Made by a program: the position numbers and the translations under genes. A stretch of 64,000 nucleotides of DNA from a bacterium (lineage in GTDB: Bacteria; Hinthialibacterota; Hinthialibacteria; Hinthialibacterales; Hinthialibacteraceae). The stretch covers positions 1,578,992 through 1,642,991 of the forward strand of contig CAXXMV010000008.1 of assembly GCA_963662285.2 (NCBI GenBank), in the 5' to 3' direction. Positions 29,035 to 37,246 of the stretch are shown piece by piece; within the stretch, counting starts at the first letter, position 1; each line of letters begins with the position of its first letter. The notes under the pieces were generated by a model. It had not been told where the DNA came from. It saw nothing but the letters and a program-made list of their open reading frames with translations, and did not search any database.

Positions 29035-30384
29035 CTAAACAATATCCTGCTTCTCAGCATCCCAGCGCACTTCCCGTCTTTCCATGTAGGATTTAACCGA
29101 CATAACGCAGGTTGCGGTTTCGATGAAGGCTTCATCTTCGTTGCATTTGGCTTTTTTGCGGCTGCGCACGCTATTGAAGAAGTCCTGCATGTGGCTGGGT
29201 AGTTCAGGAGTCTTTTTAGGATCAAATTTCATCATCGGTTTGTTGGAATTCAATTTACCCGTTTCGAGTTGCGAGGCGTATTTAGCCGATGAACCGTCTG
29301 GATAGACGTCAAAGGTGCTGACAGATTGGGCGATGGAATCAAAGCGCAGCATGCCTTCTTTACCCCGGAACTCAGGCGGCTGAACGAAGGCGCTATTCAT
29401 GCTGCAATCAAACGAGACATTACAGCCCTTCTTTTCGTACTTATAAATTGTGCTCCAAGTATCAGGCACTTCACGCCCGTCATCAAGCAGGATGTTTTGT
29501 CCGCTGCACATGCATGCTTCCGGGATGCCCAGGCGCAGCACGGAATGCACGAAATCAATTTCATGCGACAACAGATCGCCCGCAATGCCAGTTCCATAAG
29601 GCCAGTAGCAGCGCCAATGCCAGAAATGCTCCATATTAAAGGGAATCTTGGGACATTTTCCCAGCCAGCGCTGCCAATCAACATCCTTTATAACCTCTTT
29701 AGGATCAGGACGCTCAAAACGGTCATACCACCCATACCAACGCCAGATGTTTTGTCCCATAGGCCGGTTTTCAAAACGTCCGATTTTAACCAAGGTTACC
29801 GGACCGATAACGCCTTCTTTAATCAACTCTGCGGCTTGTACTCCAGAGGTCATGGAACGGGCCTGATGCCCCAGCTGCATGATTGTGTTGTTCTTCTTAA
29901 TGGCGGCCAGCATCTCTTTGGCTTCGGCGATAGAACGGGTCCAGCCTTTTTCGATGTAGATATCTTTGCCTGCATTGGCGGCGTCGACCAGGATTTGTTT
30001 ATGCCAATGGTCTGGCGTAGCGACCACTACGACATCGACCTTTGGATCAGCCAGCAGGTCTTTGTAGTCGATATAGGTCTTCACCTCAGGATTCATGCTT
30101 CGATCAACGCCTTTATCCCGGTGTCCTTTATAAACATCGCAAACCGCTACCACCTTGGTTCCTTTGATACCTCCACCTTGCTGCCTTCCCGCCACTTGAG
30201 TCAGAAGCGTGCCGCCCCGAACTCCGATGCCGATATGTCCTACGCCTATTACATCGTTAGCGGATTTAGCGGCCAGAACCGCAGGAGCGCTTGTGGATAA
30301 AATAGTCAGAGCGGTTGCTCCGGTTCCAGTAGTTCCAAGAAAATTTCTTCGCGATAGTTTTTGATTCATAATATAATTCGCCAT
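29035..30384 (-). CDS. Gfo/Idh/MocA-family oxidoreductase with Tat signal
   Basis: SRRNFLG leader, IGIGVRG, VATPDHWH, GKDIYIEK, GDLLSHEID. Confidence 0.9.
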   Translation of the reverse strand: MANYIMNQKLSRRNFLGTTGTGATALTILSTSAPAVLAAKSANDVIGVGHIGIGVRGGTLLTQVAGRQQGGGIKGTKVVAVCDVYKGHRDKGVDRSMNPEVKTYIDYKDLLADPKVDVVVVATPDHWHKQILVDAANAGKDIYIEKGWTRSIAEAKEMLAAIKKNNTIMQLGHQARSMTSGVQAAELIKEGVIGPVTLVKIGRFENRPMGQNIWRWYGWYDRFERPDPKEVIKDVDWQRWLGKCPKIPFNMEHFWHWRCYWPYGTGIAGDLLSHEIDFVHSVLRLGIPEACMCSGQNILLDDGREVPDTWSTIYKYEKKGCNVSFDCSMNSAFVQPPEFRGKEGMLRFDSIAQSVSTFDVYPDGSSAKYASQLETGKLNSNKPMMKFDPKKTPELPSHMQDFFNSVRSRKKAKCNEDEAFIETATCVMSVKSYMERREVRWDAEKQDIV

Positions 30385-30487
30385 TTCGACATATATATTA
30401 TCAAAAATTCAGGAAACCGTGATATTAATAATACTAATCCTTGTTGATTCTGTAATCATAGTCAAGTTGCGTATTGAACGCACTACT

Positions 30488-31747
30488 TTATTGTTCTTCA
30501 TTAAAGTAGTACAGGAACACTTCAAGCAGTTGTTGACCGAATAATTCCCAATCCTCGCCGAAAGGTTCCTTTTTTAATCCTGCTATCCAGTTGCAATTAA
30601 GTTCCTGGATTATGGCGTTGATGCCGAAGCGCTCCAGGAAGCCTTCGCCCAAAGAGCCTGGATTATGAAAATTGCCGCCGGTAGCGCCTTCGGTAAACCA
30701 GGTCTTGGCATATAAAAGTTTCTCGAAGCGCTTCATATCGGCCAGATATTTATCCAGCGAAATATTGGGACGGCTGATATGCAAGTTGCCGCCTTCGTCA
30801 TTATGAAAATCGATTGCCAGGTCAGGTCGCTTGCCTTTATCTATCATTGATCTGATCCAGGATTCCAGAGCATGATTTTCGGGCGAGAGTTTGACATCCG
30901 CCGGTTTATCCCATTTACGGTTCAAGTCCATACCCAGGCTGTTGAAGCGGGTCCAACCACGGGCCACGCCATCCTTGTTCGACATCGGCATAATATATAC
31001 GCAGAATTTTTCACGATAACGGCGTGATGCTTCGTCATCTTGCAGAAATTTATTGATTAAACCTTGCGCCACCCAGTTGCCTCCAGGTTCCCAGGGATGC
31101 GCCCTAGCGCGAAGCAAGACGCTGTGAGGCGCATTAGGGTCGCCTACCCGTATAATCTCCAGTTCGCGGCCTTCGACCGTATGGCCGATTGTCTCGATTC
31201 CAACCAATGGATTATCTTTAATCTTGCGTTTAAGTCTCTCCAGATCGCTTATTCTATAAGGTTCAAGCCGTGCGGCGTACATGTTTTCCTGCTTCATGTG
31301 AACTGTGAATTTTATCAGGCTTTTATCAACGAATTTTGCTGGAATCACTTCCCAATCCTTCCCATCAGGTGATAGAAAGCAGATTGATTTTTCCGATACA
31401 GGAATCCCACGCTTGCCATTCCAGACATTATGAAAATTATGCAGTATGAATGTAAGATCAGAATCTTGGCGCCCCTGTATCTGGAAATGCCAGTGACCAT
31501 TAGCACGGTTAGTCGAGTTGCGCTCTAAATCGTATTTTAGATAGACATGGATATTCAAGTCTGCATCAACCTCCCAATGTAGAGGAGAAGCGTTCTCGAA
31601 ACTGGTGTTAATGTAATAAAAGTCGGGATGCAATACAGGATCAACGGTTGGTTGAGGCTGGGCGGATGCAATAGTGCTAATTGTGAAGAAGTATAAGATT
31701 GAAGCGATGCAAAAGAGTGTTCTTTTTATCATGGTAATGTTCTCCAA
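30488..31747 (-). CDS. M14 zinc carboxypeptidase, secreted
   Basis: Signal peptide, RAHPWE (HxxE), NKDG..RG..R.N..GMDLNRKW, IDFH. Confidence 0.88.
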   Translation of the reverse strand: MENITMIKRTLFCIASILYFFTISTIASAQPQPTVDPVLHPDFYYINTSFENASPLHWEVDADLNIHVYLKYDLERNSTNRANGHWHFQIQGRQDSDLTFILHNFHNVWNGKRGIPVSEKSICFLSPDGKDWEVIPAKFVDKSLIKFTVHMKQENMYAARLEPYRISDLERLKRKIKDNPLVGIETIGHTVEGRELEIIRVGDPNAPHSVLLRARAHPWEPGGNWVAQGLINKFLQDDEASRRYREKFCVYIMPMSNKDGVARGWTRFNSLGMDLNRKWDKPADVKLSPENHALESWIRSMIDKGKRPDLAIDFHNDEGGNLHISRPNISLDKYLADMKRFEKLLYAKTWFTEGATGGNFHNPGSLGEGFLERFGINAIIQELNCNWIAGLKKEPFGEDWELFGQQLLEVFLYYFNEEQ

Positions 31748-31840
31748 AATTTTATGTGATTACTCATTATCCAAATATTTAATACTAAAAACGGCAGTTA
31801 GATAATGATATTAAAGTCAATTGGAAAATCTATAGTTTTA

Positions 31841-32041
31841 GCAAACAACCCCCTCTTGAATTCTCCCCCAATTTGGGGGAGAGGGATTATGGTATATAAA
31901 CATATAGATCGTTTAGACTTAGCTATTCAAAAACCTTGGTAACACATCCCTCTCCCAAGATTGGGAGAGGTTAGGTGAGGGTTGATAACAATCACCTTAG
32001 CAAACAAATTACCACTATAGTTATTGCACCTTCAGGGTGAA
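31841..32041. repeat. ~200-bp MITE-like repeat (family E), copy 1
   Basis: GCAAACAACCCCCTCTTGAATTCTCCCCCAA..GGGGGAGAGGGA ... CCTCTCCCA..TGGGAGAGGTTAGG.GAGGGTTGATAA ... CACCT..AGGGTGAA; second copy 46387-46589. Confidence 0.75.
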
Positions 32042-32070
32042 GAGGTAAGTAATTTTCTCGATTTTTTTTG

Positions 32071-32110
32071 TCTGAATCTGGATAGCCATGATGGAAGGAT
32101 GATCAGGATT
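32071..32110. repeat. Short repeat family F (TCTGAATCTGGAT...CAGGATT)
   Basis: Similar copy at 44520-44560. Confidence 0.5.
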
Positions 32111-32135
32111 TTTTTTATATAGGGTCTTGACCTAA

Positions 32136-32828
32136 TCAATAACGCCCGCCGAAGATGGCCGTACCGATGCGAACTATGGTTGAACCTTCTTCGATGGCTA
32201 CCTGAAAATCATTGGTCATTCCCATTGATAATTCCAGTGGATTGTTTTGACCGACGATATCATCGTGGTACTGCTGCCCCAGCTCACGCAGATTCCTGAA
32301 ATATTGCCTGACCTCTTCGGGATCATCCACAAATGGTGGAATGGTCATCAAGCCCTTGCATGATAAATGCGGCGCATCCTGAAGGGCGCCCAGCAGCTTT
32401 TCCAGTTCACTGATATCCGCGCCGAATTTACTTTCTTCGCCGGAAAGGTTTAATTGCAGCAGAATAGATATAGAGGTATCTCGTTTGGCAGCTTCATCTT
32501 CCAATGCCTGAATCAACTTCGGGCTGTCCACTGAGTGGATTAATGTAAAAAGTGGAACAACCTTCTTCACTTTGTTGGTTTGCAAATGACCGATCAGATG
32601 CCAATCAGCTTGCAGATCATCCAGTTCTGCGATTTTACCTTCTGCTTCCTGGATGCGGTTCTCACCAAACACCCGCATCCCCGCCGCGTAGGCCTCACGC
32701 ACCGCTTCAGCCGGCTTGGTTTTACTCACGGCAACAATAGTAACCTGGTCAGCGCGGCGCCCTGATCGAATGGCGGCGTCATTAACTTGCTGCTGAATCT
32801 TTTGAATTGATAATGCTATGTTAGTCAT
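32136..32828 (-). CDS. yggS: YggS/PROSC-family PLP homeostasis protein
   Basis: VAVSKTKP, FGENRIQE, WHLIGHLQTNK, LSMGMTNDF, VRIGTAIFG; start moved to MTNIAL because the longer ORF begins inside REP elements. Confidence 0.93.
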   Translation of the reverse strand: MTNIALSIQKIQQQVNDAAIRSGRRADQVTIVAVSKTKPAEAVREAYAAGMRVFGENRIQEAEGKIAELDDLQADWHLIGHLQTNKVKKVVPLFTLIHSVDSPKLIQALEDEAAKRDTSISILLQLNLSGEESKFGADISELEKLLGALQDAPHLSCKGLMTIPPFVDDPEEVRQYFRNLRELGQQYHDDIVGQNNPLELSMGMTNDFQVAIEEGSTIVRIGTAIFGGRY

Positions 32829-32850
32829 GATGTTTCTCTCATTAGTTATT

Positions 32851-32984
32851 TGGTTAGCTACGCTATCGCTTGTAGCCCACCTTACGAGGTTCTGTGTTAT
32901 ACCGGGCGCCCACAAGGGGCGCGCCCTACATAAGCTTTTTGTATATCCCCCTCACCCTAGCCCTCTCCTGTGGGGAGAGGGGAC
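32851..32984. repeat. Cluster of REP elements (degenerate family C, family B, partial family E-like)
   Basis: GCTACGCTATCGCTTGTAGCCCACCTTAC; CCGGGCGCCCACAAGGGGCGCGCCCTAC; CCCCTCACCCTAGCCCTCTCCTGTGGGGAGAGGGGAC. Confidence 0.7.
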
Positions 32985-33005
32985 TTCATATTTAGCATAG
33001 TCCCT

Positions 33006-33043
33006 AAAAAGAACCGGGGGAACGCCTTTCGACGTTCCCCCGG
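33006..33043 (-). terminator. Rho-independent terminator of the cohesin operon
   Basis: CCGGGGGAACG...CGTTCCCCCGG stem with minus-strand TTCTTTTT tail. Confidence 0.8.
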
Positions 33044-33065
33044 AATTAATCGGTATGTTAATCGT

Positions 33066-35372
33066 TTAACGCTTTACCGGCCAAGCCAACTCAACATCTT
33101 TGTTAACGTCAATGTTAAATGTGTATGGCGGGCTGACAGGATAGGCAATTGTGTCTTGGCCATCAATTACATAAGAACCATCGTAATCAAGACCAGCCGG
33201 TATTAATGCAGGTGCAAATCGCGTAGAAGCTCCGCCTACATGTACTCCGCCGAATCCGTCAAACATAAAGATTCCAACTCTACGACCAGTCTTGGCGACT
33301 GTTGCGCCGCTTTCATCCAAACCATAAATGGTGGATTCACTGATCTCGATTTCGAAGTCGCGGGCGATATTAATCGGGAAGCCTTCTGGAAGATTGCCAA
33401 ATGGCAGCAGACCTTGCAGATGTGCAGGCGTTCCGGCTGGCTGATCAGCGAATGGAGCGAATTCAATCATTCCGTCGCCCATCAGGATGCCAAGGCCGAT
33501 CCACTCCGTACCTTCTGCGTTAGGAATGAACTCGATATCCTGCATAACTCCGCTTCCGGCAAACATCGGAACCACAGGCAGGTTTTCGGTTTGCAGCGCA
33601 GGAGCGTCTCCCACAATGTGAATAGCTCCAGCAGAATCAAGAATGTAAGCGCCGGTTCCAATCAAGTCGCTGCTGTATTGGCTATTGCTTACGTCAATAT
33701 CTTTGCCGCGCCAGATCTTAAGACCGACAGCAGTAGAGCCTGGTGAAAGTGTATTTACTGTATCGAGCGCTTCAAGAGCCGCGCCTTCAGCGTAGATTTT
33801 ACCTTTTTTGGTCAAAACGTAGAATCCACCGTTTCCTGCTGGTTCTACATCAACTAGTGATGTTAGGAACTCGCCGTTAGGATTCTTTTCGGTTGACATG
33901 AAGAGCACCGGAACGATATCGGACTTAAAGGTTCCAAAGTTAATCGTTTCACCGTTATTATCGATATCAATACCACCGTTGTTTGGACCGCCAGTTGCGC
34001 CAAGACGTCCATTGACTGGCGGAACATTGCCAATACTGCCGCCCATCAGGAAGTAGACGCCCTCAGAGCCGTTGCCGTTTGCTTTAATCTCGCCAGTAAA
34101 TTCAAGGTCTTTGGCGATCGGGAAAGGCTGTCCTTTGATGAAGAGGAATGGTCCAAGAGCATCAGGATCAATCTGACCATCAAATTCTCCCGGTTTAACC
34201 AGTTGTCCAATTCTATTGGAGATTCCAATATCAAAGTTATGAACCGCGTTACCGCGAGGATAGGTTCCTCCCAGTTCGTCTAAGGAGACGAGACCGAGAT
34301 CAGGATTAACCTCGATAACGGTTGGCGTCGCTGTTGGTTCGCCCACGATAGGAGTTGCTGTCGGCTCTGGAACTTTTGTAGGAGTCGGAGTTGGTTCGAC
34401 AACGCCAGTCTCTGTTGGAGTAGGCTCAACAACGCCTGTCTCTGTTGGAGTAGGTTCTGTAACTTCCGTTGGAGTTGGTTCAGGAACCTCCGTTGGAGTT
34501 GGTTCAGGAACACCCGTCTCAGTCGGAGTCGGAACTGCTGTTTCGCTGACAACAATTACTGTCGTCATTACATCAGCGCCTATCAAGTCGTCGAGGATGT
34601 TACCCAGTGATAGTGAAACTTCACCAGCTGCCTGGGCTGTATACTGGATATTAAGCAGTAGGCCATCTCCATTTACTGAAGAAGCGCCGCCTGCTGCAGC
34701 GATGCGAACAGCACCGACAGGATTATCTAGCGTATTACCAAGGACAAATGCGAAATCGCTGGTTAACGTTCCATCATTTTGAACAACTGCAGAACCAAGA
34801 ATTGCATTTGATTGCAGTATATCAAATCCGAATGCGTCAACATTTACAGCATTCTTGATTTCAATAGAAACGTTGACTGAATCGCCTGTATTGACCGCCT
34901 CAGGAGCACTGAGAATCAATTCAATGTTCTCTGGAACAGGCGTTGCCGTTGGTTCAGGAACAGATGTCTCAGTCGGAGTCGGTTCAACAACAGCTGATTC
35001 TGTTGGAGTAGGTTCAACCACTGCCGATTCTGTAGGAGTCGGTTCCACAACAGGGGTTTCTGTTGGCGTCGGCTCCACAACAGCAGATTCTGTTGGAGTA
35101 GGTTCTACTGGAACAGGAGTGTTCGTCGGAATTTCGACAGGAGTTTCAGTAGGCGTCTCTACTGGAGTCTCTGCCGCGGTTGTTGGAGTTGGCGTTGGAA
35201 GCACGGGTATAGGCGTAGATGTAGGCACTATAACCGGTGTTTCCGTTGGAGTTTCAATCGGGGTCTCCACTGGCGTCTCAATTTCCTGCGCCATTAGAAT
35301 GCCCGGACTAAATCCAATAACACATCCCAACAATAAAAAAGCGATTACTATTTTCAATCGATTAGTGTACAT
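33066..35372 (-). CDS. Secreted Pro/Thr-rich surface protein with cohesin-like domain
   Basis: Signal peptide (GGAGG RBS before MYTNRLK), EPTPTE linkers, cohesin-like VNVSIEIKNAVNVDAFGFDI...GDGLLLNIQY, large unknown C-terminal beta domain. Confidence 0.75.
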   Translation of the reverse strand: MYTNRLKIVIAFLLLGCVIGFSPGILMAQEIETPVETPIETPTETPVIVPTSTPIPVLPTPTPTTAAETPVETPTETPVEIPTNTPVPVEPTPTESAVVEPTPTETPVVEPTPTESAVVEPTPTESAVVEPTPTETSVPEPTATPVPENIELILSAPEAVNTGDSVNVSIEIKNAVNVDAFGFDILQSNAILGSAVVQNDGTLTSDFAFVLGNTLDNPVGAVRIAAAGGASSVNGDGLLLNIQYTAQAAGEVSLSLGNILDDLIGADVMTTVIVVSETAVPTPTETGVPEPTPTEVPEPTPTEVTEPTPTETGVVEPTPTETGVVEPTPTPTKVPEPTATPIVGEPTATPTVIEVNPDLGLVSLDELGGTYPRGNAVHNFDIGISNRIGQLVKPGEFDGQIDPDALGPFLFIKGQPFPIAKDLEFTGEIKANGNGSEGVYFLMGGSIGNVPPVNGRLGATGGPNNGGIDIDNNGETINFGTFKSDIVPVLFMSTEKNPNGEFLTSLVDVEPAGNGGFYVLTKKGKIYAEGAALEALDTVNTLSPGSTAVGLKIWRGKDIDVSNSQYSSDLIGTGAYILDSAGAIHIVGDAPALQTENLPVVPMFAGSGVMQDIEFIPNAEGTEWIGLGILMGDGMIEFAPFADQPAGTPAHLQGLLPFGNLPEGFPINIARDFEIEISESTIYGLDESGATVAKTGRRVGIFMFDGFGGVHVGGASTRFAPALIPAGLDYDGSYVIDGQDTIAYPVSPPYTFNIDVNKDVELAWPVKR
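34320..34540 (-). repeat. Coding tandem repeats (EPTPTEV, 24-30 nt units)
   Basis: Degenerate repeats encoding the second PT linker. Confidence 0.8.
34940..35280 (-). repeat. Coding tandem repeats (VVEPTPTESA, 30 nt units; ETP motifs)
   Basis: Degenerate repeats encoding the first PT linker. Confidence 0.8.
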
Positions 35373-35507
35373 CAATGTTGCCTCCATTACTCGCGCCCTC
35401 GTTTGTGAAGACAAAAATAGTCTCTAACATGCTAACAATACTAACAATAGACGCAAACGTCTACCCTTATTTTAAAAAAACATATAAAAAAAACTCCCCA
35501 AGGGTGA

Positions 35508-36347
35508 TTAAGGGAGGATAATCACTGCATTTATTGATTTTGGAACGCTACTATTAATAATTTCAGTTTGGGTAATTTCAGTTTTCTCATCAATAACTAT
35601 GGCATCATCGAATGATATCGTGGTCTCGCCGCTGGCGCCGGAAGCCACTTCAAAAACAATATCCACTATCCGTGCATCACCATCAAATCCAAAACCGGTT
35701 GGTGTTGGATGGATGCGGGAAAGAAGAAAAGTAATGATGTCGTCAATTTTACCGTTTTGATTGCTAACTTCTGGCGATTCAAATATTTCCCCGCTTTCAC
35801 GAATAACGCTTAGATCAGAATTGGGGTTGCATGTCCAGAAAAGAGTTGCTTGATTAATGTTTCCTGAAGCAACCTCAATATCTTTGTCATCAATCTTATT
35901 CGCGCTATCGCCTTCGCTGTTGAGGTCGAAGTAAGACATACCATCGCTGGTAGTAGACTGCCCAAAGCGTTCCGCCAAAGTAAGGATATCGGCAATATTT
36001 TCGCGCCCATCGAAATTAAGATCGCCTTTTGATTCACTTATATCAACTATTTTCAGTTTTGTGTTATCAAATGTTAAATCGCAACTAACGCCCATCAGAT
36101 TAGTAGCGCTTTTCAATACCAAGGTTGCAGTAAAGCGGGTACGCGTCTCTCCATCGACAACTACTTCTGTAAATTCAGGAGTGGAATCGATAGTAGACGC
36201 AAATTGGGAATCTTCGCCTGTAATCTTAAAATCTAAAATTAGCGAAGCTTCATCATTATCGCCGGCATATACATTGGTTGAGAATAACATCAAGGTTAGA
36301 AGTGCGAATGAAATATAAAGCGGTTTATTGCGGATATGGCGTCTCAC
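35508..36347 (-). CDS. Secreted cohesin-like protein with internal dockerin-like (double EF-hand) segment
   Basis: Signal peptide (VYA-G); NLMGVSCDLTFDNTKLKIVDI; GDLNFDGRENIADIL and FDLNSEGDSANKIDDKDI; DGDARIVDIVFEV..GETTISFDD. Confidence 0.65.
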   Translation of the reverse strand: MRRHIRNKPLYISFALLTLMLFSTNVYAGDNDEASLILDFKITGEDSQFASTIDSTPEFTEVVVDGETRTRFTATLVLKSATNLMGVSCDLTFDNTKLKIVDISESKGDLNFDGRENIADILTLAERFGQSTTSDGMSYFDLNSEGDSANKIDDKDIEVASGNINQATLFWTCNPNSDLSVIRESGEIFESPEVSNQNGKIDDIITFLLSRIHPTPTGFGFDGDARIVDIVFEVASGASGETTISFDDAIVIDEKTEITQTEIINSSVPKSINAVIILP

Positions 36348-36412
36348 GAATTACAGACCTCCGGACGTTTCGTTGTTGGGACTTTATTATAAAATAAACT
36401 CCCTGGGGGAAA

Positions 36413-36490
36413 TGGCGGGGCCGACGAGACTCGAACTCGCGACCTCCTGATCGACAGTCAGGCATTCTAACCAAACTGAACTACGGCCCC
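36413..36490 (-). tRNA. tRNA-Asp(GTC)
   Basis: GGGGCCGTAGTTCAGTTTGGTTAGAATGCCTGACTGTCGATCAGGAGGTCGCGAGTTCGAGTCTCGTCGGCCCCGCCA; full cloverleaf, encoded CCA. Confidence 0.95.
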
Positions 36491-36526
36491 GTTTAATGAC
36501 CATTTCCGCCGGGGAGTTTAACGCTA

Positions 36527-36601
36527 TGGGCAAGACTGGAGTCGAACCAGCGACATCCTGCTTGTAAGGCAGGCGCTCTAACCAAACTGAGCTACTCGCC
36601 C
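36527..36601 (-). tRNA. tRNA-Val(TAC)
   Basis: GGGCGAGTAGCTCAGTTTGGTTAGAGCGCCTGCCTTACAAGCAGGATGTCGCTGGTTCGACTCCAGTCTTGCCCA; no encoded CCA. Confidence 0.95.
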
Positions 36602-36863
36602 TGGTTAATCTACTTAAGTCAATATAGCGATAATCCCATTGAAATGTCAAGAACAATTCAGCTCAAAAGCATACTTTATTTTGCTGAAGCATTCCACCGC
36701 ACAACTCTTGATACCTCAATATCCTACTAACTGCTTTAATCATATCGAAAGCATGTTATGATAGGGTTGGCGGTTATTGCCTGTAACAGTGACGTAGTAT
36801 AGGCGGATTTTTGTTTTCGTCACCCCTTCAAAACTTATTTTTTAACTTTTTTTTAAGAAAATT

Positions 36864-37193
36864 ATGAAAAATATACGCCGACAAGAAAAAAAACACCGTA
36901 TTAATACGAAAGATCGATTTATTAGCGTCTTAAAAGGTGATTCTCCCTCAAAAGAGTACTCTCCTTCATGGTTCCAGCGGCGCGAACTTTTTTTCCCTTT
37001 AATCATTATTTTTGTCTTTTTTATGATCGCATTCGTTGTAAAAATTCTTGTTACCGTTCAAAATCTTCCTGATGAATCTTCTATACCAAAACCTGAAATA
37101 AATCAAATAAATGCTTCTCCTACGCCTGATTCATCCGATTCCGAAGAAGAAATGGATTATGAAGAAGCCAAGAAGATTTTTGGAAATTCATAA
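36864..37193 (+). CDS. Hypothetical single-pass membrane protein
   Basis: Basic N-terminus, one hydrophobic helix, acidic tail; upstream of recJ. Confidence 0.6.
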   Translation: MKNIRRQEKKHRINTKDRFISVLKGDSPSKEYSPSWFQRRELFFPLIIIFVFFMIAFVVKILVTVQNLPDESSIPKPEINQINASPTPDSSDSEEEMDYEEAKKIFGNS

Positions 37194-37246
37194 TATTATC
37201 AAGAGAAAACGCCGTATTCTTCTTAGAAAGCTAATTTTAAAACTTT

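Noticed and set aside
29326-30300. 324-aa plus-strand ORF
   Set aside because: Antisense shadow of the Gfo/Idh/MocA gene with no motifs; the same applies to 15898-16617, 18211-19014, 61008-61868, 7459-8091 and 34855-35427.
32829-32915. N-terminal extension of YggS
   Set aside because: The extension is translated REP sequence; an RBS-like GAGAG precedes the ATG at 32828.
34320-35280. Regular 24-30 nt repeats resembling a CRISPR array
   Set aside because: In-frame Pro/Thr linker codons with wobble variation, no unique spacers, no cas genes.
36387-36656. 89-aa ORF
   Set aside because: Spans the tRNA-Val and tRNA-Asp genes.
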